Positions 32,454 through 42,184 of a stretch of 64,000 bases of DNA are shown piece by piece (within the stretch, counting starts at the first letter, position 1; every line of letters begins with the position of its first letter). Below the pieces are notes generated by a model that saw only the letters and a program-made list of their open reading frames with translations, was not told the origin of the DNA and made no database searches. The position numbers and the translations under genes are program-made. The DNA comes from Acidimicrobiia bacterium (GTDB lineage Bacteria > Actinomycetota > Acidimicrobiia > Spongiisociales > ZC4RG35). The stretch covers positions 1,408 through 65,407 of the forward strand of contig DATDPT010000155.1 in assembly GCA_035292605.1 (NCBI GenBank). The letters run 5' to 3'.

Positions 32454-33056
32454 TCACCGGGCCTCTGAATCCGAACTTGGAGGCCCATGCCAACCCAAGG
32501 CCTCGGTCAGGATCCTGGGGTCGTTGACGAAGGCCTCCATGTCGAGCACCGCCCACACCGACCGCAGATTGCGGTAGTAGCCCTGCCAATCCATCCCGTA
32601 TCCGACCAGATACTCGTCCCCGACTTCGAACCCGCGGTACTCGATGGGCACATCGGTGACCCGGCGACGGGTTTTGTCGATCAGCGACGCGGTGGCAACG
32701 CTGCCGGCGCCCCGATCGAGGATGGTGCGCCGCAGAACGGAGAGGGTGAGGCCGGTGTCGGTTATGTCCTCCACGATCACGACCTCGCGATCGGTGACCG
32801 GTGTCCACAGGTCCATGGCGATGCCGATTCGCCCCCCCTCACCGAATCTGTTGAGTACCAGGAAATCGACCTCGGACCGCAACTCGACTCGCCGCACCAG
32901 ATCGGCGGCAAAGGGCACCGACCCCATCATGACCACCACGAACAAGGGGTCGCGACCCGAGTAGTCGGCTGTGATAGCTCTTCCCAACTCGGTCACCCGT
33001 GACTTGATATCAGCTTCGGTGATTGCCTCCACGGCAGGCTGGGAACCTGACGTCAC
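32454..33056 (-). CDS. hpt: hypoxanthine phosphoribosyltransferase
   Basis: Track ORF with the PRPP loop VVIVEDITDTGLTLS. Confidence 0.88.
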   Translation of the reverse strand: MTSGSQPAVEAITEADIKSRVTELGRAITADYSGRDPLFVVVMMGSVPFAADLVRRVELRSEVDFLVLNRFGEGGRIGIAMDLWTPVTDREVVIVEDITDTGLTLSVLRRTILDRGAGSVATASLIDKTRRRVTDVPIEYRGFEVGDEYLVGYGMDWQGYYRNLRSVWAVLDMEAFVNDPRILTEALGWHGPPSSDSEAR

Positions 33057-34177
33057 GCCCCGAGGACCCGGTCGATCCAGTAGAGAAGAGCACCGGCCAC
33101 CGAGGTTTCGCTGCCTTGCGAGCGACGGGTCACCTCGAAGACCGGTGGGGGCTCCGGCTGCGGAATCTCACCCAGCGGGGACGGCTGATCGAGCATCAAG
33201 CCCTGGCTGGCCAGGTGAAGGTAGGTCTCGACCCGCCCCATCGTCACCACCGGCTCAGGCTCGACCCTGGCCTGGGCTGCCGCGTAGGGAGTCGCCAACA
33301 GCGCGTCGCCAAAGAAGCCGAGATCGCGAAACCCGTAATCGAACAGCCGTTTGGCGTCGGCGAAATGCCCAAAGTTCTCAGGAGAACCGAGGACCACCGC
33401 ATACAGCCTGCGCCCTTCACGTTCAGCGACACCGACGAACGTGAAAAGGGCCCGCGGGGTGAGCCCGGTTTTGACTCCCAGCATCCCGTCGTACGAGCCC
33501 AGCATGAGATTGGTGCTGATCCCCACTCTCTGTGTGCCATCCGGGGCCGGCGTCATGACGATCACCCGGGAGCGCACTGCATCTGCGAACTCGGGATGAC
33601 TCATGGCCACCCTGGCCATGGTCAACAGATCCCTTGCGCTGGAACGATGACCCGGCGCATCCATACCGTGAGGATTGGCAAACGATGTCTGTTCGAGGCC
33701 CAACTCGTCGGCCCGGTCGTTCATCAACTGGACGAAGGCGTCGACGCTCCCGGAGATGTGCTCGGCGAGCGCCGTGGCAGCATCGTTGGCGGACCGAACC
33801 ATGAGGGCCCTGAACAGCGATGCCACGGTCATCTGCTCGCCGGCCACCAGGCCAATCTCCTGCCCCCCGGTTTCGGCCGCCTCCTCTGAAACCGTAACGA
33901 TGTCATCGAAATCGGCATTCTCGAGAACGAGGAGACCGGTCATGATCTTGGTCGTCGAGGCAATGGCCCGCTCATCCGACGCCCCAGCCGACCCCAGGAT
34001 CATGTCGATCGACTCGTCATAGAGGATCCAGGAGGGGGCTGATATGGGGGGCAGGCCCGACCCGGGGAAGGTTTGGAACACGGGGGCGGGATAGGCAAAC
34101 GGTGCCGCCGATGCCGGTACGGCGAACAGGAGGACCAGCACCGTGACCGGTGCGAGGACACGGAGCAGTCTCATCAT
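33053..34177 (-). CDS. D-alanyl-D-alanine carboxypeptidase (peptidase S11)
   Basis: Track ORF with a signal peptide. SxxK (ASTTKIMT), SxN (RSANDAA) and KTG (VKTGLT). Confidence 0.88.
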   Translation of the reverse strand: MMRLLRVLAPVTVLVLLFAVPASAAPFAYPAPVFQTFPGSGLPPISAPSWILYDESIDMILGSAGASDERAIASTTKIMTGLLVLENADFDDIVTVSEEAAETGGQEIGLVAGEQMTVASLFRALMVRSANDAATALAEHISGSVDAFVQLMNDRADELGLEQTSFANPHGMDAPGHRSSARDLLTMARVAMSHPEFADAVRSRVIVMTPAPDGTQRVGISTNLMLGSYDGMLGVKTGLTPRALFTFVGVAEREGRRLYAVVLGSPENFGHFADAKRLFDYGFRDLGFFGDALLATPYAAAQARVEPEPVVTMGRVETYLHLASQGLMLDQPSPLGEIPQPEPPPVFEVTRRSQGSETSVAGALLYWIDRVLGA

Positions 34178-34851
34178 GGTGTTGTCTGCTGTTTCAGCTC
34201 TCCCTCGAGCATCGCACGGTGCATGGCCTGTACCGAGCCGGCGCTCAGTTCGAGAACGTCCCTCGCCCTGGCCCTGGCTTCTGCGTTGCTAGCCCGCATC
34301 AACGGGGCCGTGAGTTGCCGGAGCAGGTCTGCTTCTCGATCCACCGACAATCGGATCGACCTCAGATGCCTTGCCTCCAGACCCTGATCCATCAACCGCT
34401 TCGCTTCCAGGGCCACCACCCCGGCTTCGACCGGATAGACGTCAGAGTCCCCGATGGGTCGCATCACACCCGCGGCGACCAGGTCATCGAGTTGACGCGA
34501 CGAGAGGCCGGATCGTTTCAGCACGTCGTCCCTCCCCAGCGGGGCACCGGTGTCCGCGTTCTGACGCGGCTCGGGTTGCCGGGCCGAGATCGAATCTTCC
34601 CCGCGCTCCCAGAGGGTCAGCTTCGACTTGATGACCTTGAGCGGAAGGAAATGGTCGCGCTGCTGCTGCAGGATGAACCGCAACCTCGCCAGGTCTTCAC
34701 CGTCGAACTGGCGGTATCCGCTGTCGGATCGGCCGGGGTCGATGAGCCCCTGCGATTCGAGAAACCTGATCTTGGACACCGAGACGTCGGGAAAATCGTC
34801 GCGGAGGAGGTTGATGACCTCACCGATGCTCATCGAATCCTGATCAGGCAT
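34174..34851 (-). CDS. MerR family transcriptional regulator (long form)
   Basis: Internal ATG of track ORF 34174..34899 (alternative 34833). MSIGEVINLL...VSKIRFLESQGLIDP.RS.SGYRQF. Confidence 0.8.
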   Translation of the reverse strand: MPDQDSMSIGEVINLLRDDFPDVSVSKIRFLESQGLIDPGRSDSGYRQFDGEDLARLRFILQQQRDHFLPLKVIKSKLTLWERGEDSISARQPEPRQNADTGAPLGRDDVLKRSGLSSRQLDDLVAAGVMRPIGDSDVYPVEAGVVALEAKRLMDQGLEARHLRSIRLSVDREADLLRQLTAPLMRASNAEARARARDVLELSAGSVQAMHRAMLEGELKQQTTP

Positions 34852-35284
34852 CGCCGTGCGCGACGAGAAAGTGAAACCGTCCCACCACCACCTCGTCACC
34901 CGCTCTCAGCTGCGCTTCGTCGACCCGGGCGTCGTTGACGTAGGTCCCGTTCGTCGATCCACTGTCCTCGACCACGAGCTTGCCATCAGCCAGGAGGAAT
35001 CGACAGTGCTGGCGCGAGATCGTGACGTCGTTGAGGAAGATGTCGCTCTCGGGATGCCTTCCCACCGTGGTGTTGCCCGGGGAGAGCACGTAGGTCATGC
35101 CGGTCTGGGGCCCGCGCTCGATCACCAGTGCGTACCCGGTGAATCCTTCGACGCTTCCGGCCTCCTCGCGGGTCAGAGGATGGTCGGCTCGATCCTGGAT
35201 CGGCACATAGACAACCGTGGGATCGCTCTCCACCTCAACTTGAGGGTCTGGTTGACCCGGGGCGCGCTCACTGTCCTCGGTCAT
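34844..35284 (-). CDS. garA: FHA domain protein (GarA/OdhI-like)
   Basis: Track ORF. TVGRHPESDIFLNDVTISRQHCRF...DSGSTNGTYVN. Symbol assigned by synteny with gcvH/merR. Confidence 0.8.
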   Translation of the reverse strand: MTEDSERAPGQPDPQVEVESDPTVVYVPIQDRADHPLTREEAGSVEGFTGYALVIERGPQTGMTYVLSPGNTTVGRHPESDIFLNDVTISRQHCRFLLADGKLVVEDSGSTNGTYVNDARVDEAQLRAGDEVVVGRFHFLVAHGDA

Positions 35285-35329
35285 GAGGCAAGATGATAGG
35301 GAGTGCCCGGCGTTGCGCCGAGCCTCAGT

Positions 35330-35710
35330 TCATTCGGTCAGTTCACGGTATGCGGCAGCGTCGAGCAGACCGGAGGTGTCCACTTCGTCGTCGACCTCGA
35401 TCTCCACAAACCAGGCTTGGTCGTACGGGCTCTGATTGACCAGCTCCGGGGTGCTCGCCAAAGCCGTGTTGACCGCAGCTACTCGGCCCGAGAAAGGGGC
35501 GTACACCTCCCCCACCGACTTGGTGCTCTCCACTTCGACCAGGATGTCGTCCTTGCTCACCGTGGCGCCGACCTCGGGCAACTCGACGAAGACCACATCC
35601 CCCAACTGGTCTTGGGCATAGTCGGTGATCCCGATCCGCACAGTGGAATCCCCGACACGCCGAATCCACTCGTGCTCTTCTGTGTAGAGAAGATCATCGG
35701 GTACCTGCAT
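35330..35710 (-). CDS. gcvH: glycine cleavage system H protein
   Basis: Internal ATG (126 aa) of track ORF 35330..36220, overlapping the upstream stop (ATGA). Lipoyl-lysine motif VESTKSV. Confidence 0.92.
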   Translation of the reverse strand: MQVPDDLLYTEEHEWIRRVGDSTVRIGITDYAQDQLGDVVFVELPEVGATVSKDDILVEVESTKSVGEVYAPFSGRVAAVNTALASTPELVNQSPYDQAWFVEIEVDDEVDTSGLLDAAAYRELTE

Positions 35711-36306
35711 CAAACCTCCTGAGAGCCGGTGGGCGACTTTAACGCTGCCAGACGCTGCCGAGTGTCTCCGACATACAGCACGGCAACGTACCAGTAGAGA
35801 CCGATGCCGACCACCGCCGTCAGCCAGGCTGCGGGGCGCATCAACCATTCCAGGAACCCGGCATCGGCCAGATAGAACCCGGGAATCGCCCCATAGAGGA
35901 GGAATGTCGCCAGCTTGCCGTAGTAGCGGACTTCGATCGTTCCCCCACCTCTGGCCGCCAGGTAGAGGGCGACCACCCCCATGGCCACCTCCCGGACCAA
36001 GAGCAGGACTCCCACCACCACCGGGATCGCCCCCACGATGAGGCCGCCCACCACGGCCGAGGCGATCATCAGACGGTCGGCGACCGGATCGAGCACCTTT
36101 CCCAATTGGCTGACCTGATCGAGACGACGGGCCAGATAGCCGTCGATCCAGTCGGTCAATCCGATGATGAAGATCAGCCACGCCGCCAGCGCGATGTCGT
36201 CCTGTATCACGAGAACCCACCAGAAGACGCCCACACCAACCAGGCGCACGAAAGTCACCAGGTTGGGGATGGTGAGGACTCGATTGGCAGTAACGACCTC
36301 GGTCAC
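35710..36306 (-). CDS. CDP-alcohol phosphatidyltransferase (PgsA / cardiolipin synthase type)
   Basis: Track ORF. DWIDGYLARR...GKVLDPVADRL motif and multiple TM segments. Confidence 0.88.
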   Translation of the reverse strand: MTEVVTANRVLTIPNLVTFVRLVGVGVFWWVLVIQDDIALAAWLIFIIGLTDWIDGYLARRLDQVSQLGKVLDPVADRLMIASAVVGGLIVGAIPVVVGVLLLVREVAMGVVALYLAARGGGTIEVRYYGKLATFLLYGAIPGFYLADAGFLEWLMRPAAWLTAVVGIGLYWYVAVLYVGDTRQRLAALKSPTGSQEV

Positions 36307-36336
36307 CGGAATCAGGCTAACCCTGGGGCATGGGCC

Positions 36337-38139
36337 TCACTCACCTGGTGTCAGGTCGCTCAGACCTCCGAGCCTGCCCTGGATCCCACCGAGGACGTCG
36401 CGGATCCCGAAGTCGAGCCTATCCGAGCGAAAGGCCTCCGCTATCTCGGGGTGATATAGAACGAGATAGGGCAGATCCTGGGCGAGGATGCGCTCCATCT
36501 GCCATAGCGCGCTCTTCGCCACCTGGAGATCGCTCGCTTCCTCATACTTGGCGAGCTCGGCTGCGAATTCCTCATCGGAGTAACCGGTGGAGTTGGCTGG
36601 CCCGTCGGGAGCGAAGAACCACCGGTAGTAGGCCGGAAGTGAAGGATTGCCGAGGGTCCACCCGAGCAGGTACATGTCGTAATGGCGGGCCCCGTCCTCA
36701 CCGGCATTGAAGGCGAGATCGACCACGGTGTCGAAATCGGTGACCACCGGCCGGACATCGAATCCGAGCGTCTCCAGCGTCTTCTCGATCTCCCCGGCGT
36801 ATTCGGGTCGATCCGGGTCGTATTCATCCCCCGGGGTCAGGATCGTCAGCGGTGCCGGAGTGAGACCGGAGATGGTCAGCCCCTCGCCGGCGACGATCGC
36901 TCCGTCTGCCACCGAGGGTTCCTTGGTCCACACATAGCCAGCCGACCGCAGCGAATCGAGAGCCTCCGCAAGACGGGCGTCGAGGGTCCCGCCGAACCCG
37001 GCTGCGATCTCGGCAGCCACCGACTCGTCGAACCACGTCTCGTTAAACGGCGACATCATCGTGAACGCCGCATCGGAACCGGGAGCGAAGCGGGCAGCCG
37101 TCTGCTGTCGGTCGAGAAGGAGGGCCAGCGCCCGCCGGAATTGAGCCGAAGCCATCGGCTCACGATTCAGGTTGAATCCCAGATAGCGCACAGAGTTGGC
37201 CGGGCTCTCGTCGACGGTGACTCCTGGAACGCCGGCCAGAGAGCTGAGACTGGTGTCGGAGAGTCCGGTGGGGCTGAGGATGGTGTCGATGGCACCCGAC
37301 GCCAATTCGGCGACCGCAGCCGCCTCGTCGGGATAGATGCGGTATTCGACTCGATCCAACCCCGTCTCGGTGTACCCGGGGTTGGCCACGGCGACAATCC
37401 TGTCCTCACCGATCTCGGTCAGGGTGAGAGGGCCACCCGAGGCGTCAGGCGCCCCGCTCATCGCATAGAGAGCCTCCGAAGTGCTCACGGCTTGAAGAAG
37501 CGGCTCCCAGACGTGGGAGGGCATGATCGGCGCCAACCCGACCCCGTAGGGCCACACGCTGAGACTGGGGCGTTTGGTGAACTCCACCTGAAGCCGTGAC
37601 GGCGACAGCGCAACGACTGAGCTGACGTCGGGCGGGAATACCTCGGACCATCCCCCTTGGAGCCCGAGACGTCTCACCGTTTCGAAGGTGAAGACGAGAT
37701 CCTGGGCGGTGACAGGGACTCCGTCACTCCAATCGAGCCCGGATCCAAGGTCGACCTGCACCATCCACCCGGTGTCGTCGCCGGTGGGCAGGACGGGCTC
37801 GGCGGCCGCCAACTCGGTTACCAGTGAGGTCTGGTGGGCGTTGAGTGCGAAGAGGGCCGGTTTGGTTGGCCCGAGCACATAGGCATTCCACACCGTCGGC
37901 TGTTCACCGATGTAGGCCCAGAAGTTGTCGGTGGTCAATCCCGAAAGCAGCCCCACCCGGTATTCGAACGGCTCGGGTGCGGTCGTGGCCTCCGACCCGT
38001 TTGAACCGATGCCGATGTCGATGGGTGCCTGGACCTCCGTCGAGGGAGGCTCGCCGTTCCCGATCTCGACAGCAGCGGCGATGGCGATCCCCGCAAGGAC
38101 CACGGTCGCACCAATGGCTCTCAGTGTTTTGCTCGACAA
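36337..38139 (-). CDS. ABC transporter substrate-binding protein, family 5 (peptide/nickel type), orphan
   Basis: Track ORF of 600 aa with a signal anchor. Family-5 SBP-like throughout (VRYLGFNLNREP...). No permease or ATPase genes are adjacent. Confidence 0.75.
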   Translation of the reverse strand: MSSKTLRAIGATVVLAGIAIAAAVEIGNGEPPSTEVQAPIDIGIGSNGSEATTAPEPFEYRVGLLSGLTTDNFWAYIGEQPTVWNAYVLGPTKPALFALNAHQTSLVTELAAAEPVLPTGDDTGWMVQVDLGSGLDWSDGVPVTAQDLVFTFETVRRLGLQGGWSEVFPPDVSSVVALSPSRLQVEFTKRPSLSVWPYGVGLAPIMPSHVWEPLLQAVSTSEALYAMSGAPDASGGPLTLTEIGEDRIVAVANPGYTETGLDRVEYRIYPDEAAAVAELASGAIDTILSPTGLSDTSLSSLAGVPGVTVDESPANSVRYLGFNLNREPMASAQFRRALALLLDRQQTAARFAPGSDAAFTMMSPFNETWFDESVAAEIAAGFGGTLDARLAEALDSLRSAGYVWTKEPSVADGAIVAGEGLTISGLTPAPLTILTPGDEYDPDRPEYAGEIEKTLETLGFDVRPVVTDFDTVVDLAFNAGEDGARHYDMYLLGWTLGNPSLPAYYRWFFAPDGPANSTGYSDEEFAAELAKYEEASDLQVAKSALWQMERILAQDLPYLVLYHPEIAEAFRSDRLDFGIRDVLGGIQGRLGGLSDLTPGE

Positions 38140-38230
38140 AGATCGACCTCCCGATATGAAGAATCGGCAGGCCGCCGGGGAGCCTTAACGGTGATGTCAG
38201 CCCGCGGGGAGCGGTTAGCATCAAGTTCTC

Positions 38231-38304
38231 CGGGCTGTGGCGCAGTTTGGTAGCGCACTTGGCTGGGGGCCAAGGGGTCGTGGGTTCAAATCCCGCCAGC
38301 CCGA
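38231..38304 (+). tRNA. tRNA-Pro (anticodon GGG)
   Basis: Cloverleaf read by eye. Acceptor CGGGCTG/CAGCCCG, D-arm GCGCAGTTTGGTAGCGC, anticodon stem CTTGG/CCAAG with loop CTGGGGG, T-arm GTGGGTTCAAATCCCGC. CCA is not encoded. Confidence 0.9.
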
Positions 38305-38435
38305 CGAAGAAACTCGACCGGTCAGACTGGTCAACCGATCTGGTATAGATACCTGCCGAACCACTCTCGGACGGTCGGTGCGGTCTCCGATTCAGGTTTT
38401 GGACGAGACCGGCCGCCCGTTTGACGACGACTCGG

Positions 38436-39758
38436 TCAATCGACCGGCGAAGGCGTCAGCCAATGACGGGCCGGTTCACCAAGCGAGACCACAGTGAGGT
38501 CAACCACCGGATCGGTGAACTGGATGCTGGGCCGACCGTTGAAGGAGAGCACCACATCGGCAACCACCTCGACGTCTCCCAAATCATTGGCGATCAGGTC
38601 GGCGGTCTGTTTGATCATGACCGGGTCGGTGGCCATCACCACCTGCTGACGGGCCGTGAGATAGCTCGGCGGCGGCACCCTCCAGGTGTCGCCAGTGTCG
38701 GCATCGGTGACGAGGAAGGTGGCCGATCCCGACTTCTCCGACAGCATCACCTGCCATGAGCCGAGATAGCCCTCACCGGTCCACTTCACGTCGCCGGGTA
38801 TCAGGTAGTGGCGCAAGGGCACCATGACCATCAGCGCCAGATAGAGCACGGTCACCCCGATCCAGACGCCACGGATCCGGAAGCGCGGCTTGGGCTCGAC
38901 TTCGACCTTCTGCGGCTCCGGGATGAAGCGCCCCGGCCAATCCGGCTCGAAGAAGATCAGGGCCGAAAGGGTCATCAGCAGCGGGAACAGGCCAATCGAT
39001 GGGAAGAGGACCCAAGTGAAGGTGTGGAACGCCGCCACGACCACAAAGGCGACGAGCCTGGTCCGGCGATAACAGAGCCAGAACACGATGCTCAGGTCGA
39101 ACACCGCCCCCATCCATGATGCGACCAGAGCGGTGGCGGGGACCGCCAACAGAGGCCCGATCACAGGGAGATCGGCTCGGGCCGGGAGCCAGGTAGCCAG
39201 CGGCTCGCCATGTAGCAGCCAGTCCGAGTTGATTTTCGCCAACCCGGCGAAGAAATAGACCATCCCCACCTGGAATCGGAGTAGCCACACCACCCACACC
39301 GGGATCCATCCCACCCCTGCTTCTCCCTGCCTTCGGCGGGAGCCGACCGAGTAGGCCCGATCCACGGGAAGGACCGCCAGGACGGCAGCAGTGAGAATCA
39401 ACCAGTAGTAATGATTCAGGTAGAGGGTGCGGTCGATCAACTCCACGTAACCGAGCAAGACCGCAAACGCCGCAACGCAGATGCGGGTCCGATAGCCGAG
39501 CAGGATGCCGACCGCAGCCAACCCGATCAGGGCGAAATGTGCATACATCCCCCACGCCGGCCAAACCTTGACCCATTCGAAACCCGGGTACGGGAAGTGA
39601 TAGGTGGGCTCGACGAAGAGCGAGCTCACCCATCCCTTGGCAAAGAAGCGCCATACCAGCAGCAACCCGCCGAGCCCGAATCCGATTCGGAAGACCGCGG
39701 CCGACCTCGGGTCGACCGGCCTCAGAGCTCGCCGCACCCCCCGCCCCCAACCGGTCAT
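38436..39758 (-). CDS. HTTM domain (vitamin-K-carboxylase-like) membrane protein
   Basis: Track ORF of 440 aa. AAVFRIGFGLGGLLLVWRFF...EPTYHFPYPGFEWV is the HTTM N-terminal signature. Many TM segments. Confidence 0.75.
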   Translation of the reverse strand: MTGWGRGVRRALRPVDPRSAAVFRIGFGLGGLLLVWRFFAKGWVSSLFVEPTYHFPYPGFEWVKVWPAWGMYAHFALIGLAAVGILLGYRTRICVAAFAVLLGYVELIDRTLYLNHYYWLILTAAVLAVLPVDRAYSVGSRRRQGEAGVGWIPVWVVWLLRFQVGMVYFFAGLAKINSDWLLHGEPLATWLPARADLPVIGPLLAVPATALVASWMGAVFDLSIVFWLCYRRTRLVAFVVVAAFHTFTWVLFPSIGLFPLLMTLSALIFFEPDWPGRFIPEPQKVEVEPKPRFRIRGVWIGVTVLYLALMVMVPLRHYLIPGDVKWTGEGYLGSWQVMLSEKSGSATFLVTDADTGDTWRVPPPSYLTARQQVVMATDPVMIKQTADLIANDLGDVEVVADVVLSFNGRPSIQFTDPVVDLTVVSLGEPARHWLTPSPVD

Positions 39759-40798
39759 CCGGAGTCGCCGTCGGCGTCGGAGAACCCGAGCGTGATGTCG
39801 AGCAGGGACACGACGTCGGCCTCGAAGATCGTGAGCAACTCCGAAAGGTGGTCATAAAGAGTGACCAGGAGGCTCCGGTCGTCGACAGCCACCTGGCGCA
39901 GCGGGGCGTCGATCCCCGCCAGCTCTTCGATCGCAGCGTCGAGGTGCTGGTTGATCTGGGCTGAGACCTCATCGGATCGGGCCCCGATCAGAGCGCCCAA
40001 CCCACTCTCCCCTCCCCCGTTGAGCAGAGACCTGATGCCTTCCAATTGCGCCAGATAGGTATCCGCAGCGGCCCCGGCGCGTCCCTCCGGGATCGATTCG
40101 ACCAGCGGCTCTTGGGAGGAGATGCCAAGTGCTTTCCCCAGCTCGAACAAAGACATCTGTTTCAGCGTCTCGACGATTGCCGACACCGAGTCTGCCATGG
40201 CGTCGTCGCTCGTCATCGTCCCCCCGACGAAGCGGTCCAGGAACGGGGTCCCCTCCTGATAGCTCACCGTCCACGCCTCCTCGAGGGCGAGTGTCTCCGA
40301 CGCCACCACCTCGGCGGTCGCCACCAACAGGTCACAAACCCGACCATCGCCGGCACGGTCGACGGGGTCGAATAGCAAGTACTCGATCGCCCCCAATCCA
40401 CGCTCGGTCGAGGCCGCCTGGTTCAGCATGTAGTCGGCGTCGAGCACCTCTGTGGAGGCGAGAAGTTCCTCGATTGCCTCGGGGTTCACCGGCTGGTAGT
40501 CGACACGCGAGACGGTTCTCAGCATCTGCGCCGGGCCGAACCAGGTGGCGAGTATCGCCTGCTGCCACGATTCCTTCGCCCTTCGCCATGCTTCCTGGGT
40601 CGTCACCATGCCACTGGTGGAGGGGTCGGCGCACAGGTTGGCCAGTTCTGCGGCCAATTCGGCACTGGCGGCTGAGGAGGCTGTCAATGAGGGGACCAGG
40701 GCGCTGACTGCCATCGACCGCACCACATCTTCGGATCCTGGCGCTGAACTACAGGAGACAACCAGCATGGCCAACACAAGACTGCCCAGCTTCCTCAC
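39755..40798 (-). CDS. imelysin-like lipoprotein
   Basis: Track ORF. Lipobox LVVSCSS and RGLGAIEYLLF motif. 4-nt overlaps with both neighbours. Confidence 0.65.
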   Translation of the reverse strand: MRKLGSLVLAMLVVSCSSAPGSEDVVRSMAVSALVPSLTASSAASAELAAELANLCADPSTSGMVTTQEAWRRAKESWQQAILATWFGPAQMLRTVSRVDYQPVNPEAIEELLASTEVLDADYMLNQAASTERGLGAIEYLLFDPVDRAGDGRVCDLLVATAEVVASETLALEEAWTVSYQEGTPFLDRFVGGTMTSDDAMADSVSAIVETLKQMSLFELGKALGISSQEPLVESIPEGRAGAAADTYLAQLEGIRSLLNGGGESGLGALIGARSDEVSAQINQHLDAAIEELAGIDAPLRQVAVDDRSLLVTLYDHLSELLTIFEADVVSLLDITLGFSDADGDSG

Positions 40799-42183
40799 AA
40801 CGACTCCAGAAAGGAGATCAGTTGGGAGCGTTGGTCGGAGGAAAGCGCGACAAAAGCGTCCCTGGCTGCTGCGGCCTCACCCCCGTGCCACAAGACCGCC
40901 TCCTCGAGGGATCGAGCCCGGCCGTCATGGAGGAAGAAGGTGTGACCGGTGACCGTCTCGGTGAGACCGATTCCCCAGAGCGGGGCCGTCCGCCATTCTG
41001 TTCCCGAGGCTTGCCCATCCGGCCGATTGTCGGCGAGCCCCGGGCCCATATCGTGCAACAGGAGATCGGTGAACGGGTAGATCGTCTGGTTGACCAGAGC
41101 TGGGATCGGGTCGTCCCCCGTTTGCTGCACGGGTTGGTGACAGCCCGAGCATCCGAGGTCATCGAACCAACCGGCACCGGCGACCACGTCCGGAGAGTCG
41201 AGGTTCCTCCGGGCAGGCACGGCCAGGGTCCTGCTGTAGAAGACCACTTTCTCCATACGATCGGCCGGGATCTCCGGATCGCCTCCACCGAGGGCTGCGG
41301 AGCATTCTGTCTCTGCATCCGTGCAGCTCTCATCGGGAAATACCGGGTTGGTGATCCCGATGTCCCCGCTGAAGGCGCCGGCCACCTGATGCTCAACGGA
41401 AGCCACGTTGGCCTTCCACCCGAAACGGCCCAGGGCCGGCTCGCCGCTCACCGGGTCCGTGACCCAATTGGGGCGACCGGAGATCCCATTCCCGTCGGCG
41501 TCCTCAGGATCTGACCCGGCCAGGATGTCGCCCTCGGGTATCGCCTCCAGTAGACCGACACCGAACACCGGGGGGGCAATCCTCGGCGACACCTGAACGT
41601 CGATGGAGACCGAGCCATGGGCCAGGTCCTCGAACTCGTACATCGGCCTGCGCAAGGTGTACTCCTCGCCGTCACCAAAGACACCCGGCTCTTCGACGTA
41701 CAGCCTGACCATCCGGCCCTCCGCAGGAACCCCGAGAATCGACCGATCCTGGAGTTGATCGCCGTAAACCGGCTCCGGAACCGAGAGCTCACCGTCCGGC
41801 ACGCCAAGCCGGAACAACAGGCCGGGTTGATCCTCCTCGGGCGTTCCACGCCCGTCCCGGACATGGCAAGAAGCACATGCCTGGGCGTTGAACAGAGGGC
41901 CGAGGCCGTCCCGGGCCTCGGTCGAGGACGGTGCAATCACCCAGTTCTGGGTGAAGAAGCTGTCGCCGACCTCGAACACCCTTCGCTCGTCCGTGGTGAG
42001 ATTGCGCGCCGACATCCCGAATGCCTCGCGATTGGCGGCGGTCGTGGTCCCCTCTCCACCAGTCGCTTCGACCAGGAGGTCGCCCCGCGCCGAAACACAG
42101 GCCGCCACCGCCAAGATCATGCCGAGAGCCGGCCAAATCGCGGCCCGGCCCGGCTGGCTCCTGGATCTGGAGACCGAGGTCAC
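40795..42183 (-). CDS. di-haem cytochrome c oxidoreductase (DUF1111 / peroxidase-like)
   Basis: Track ORF with two CxxCH motifs (CASCH, CSGCH). Confidence 0.8.
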   Translation of the reverse strand: MTSVSRSRSQPGRAAIWPALGMILAVAACVSARGDLLVEATGGEGTTTAANREAFGMSARNLTTDERRVFEVGDSFFTQNWVIAPSSTEARDGLGPLFNAQACASCHVRDGRGTPEEDQPGLLFRLGVPDGELSVPEPVYGDQLQDRSILGVPAEGRMVRLYVEEPGVFGDGEEYTLRRPMYEFEDLAHGSVSIDVQVSPRIAPPVFGVGLLEAIPEGDILAGSDPEDADGNGISGRPNWVTDPVSGEPALGRFGWKANVASVEHQVAGAFSGDIGITNPVFPDESCTDAETECSAALGGGDPEIPADRMEKVVFYSRTLAVPARRNLDSPDVVAGAGWFDDLGCSGCHQPVQQTGDDPIPALVNQTIYPFTDLLLHDMGPGLADNRPDGQASGTEWRTAPLWGIGLTETVTGHTFFLHDGRARSLEEAVLWHGGEAAAARDAFVALSSDQRSQLISFLESL

Positions 42184-42184
42184 G

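Noticed and set aside
38305-38435. Integrated island at the tRNA-Pro 3' end
   Set aside because: No direct repeat of the tRNA 3' segment was found downstream, no integrase is present, and the composition is host-like.
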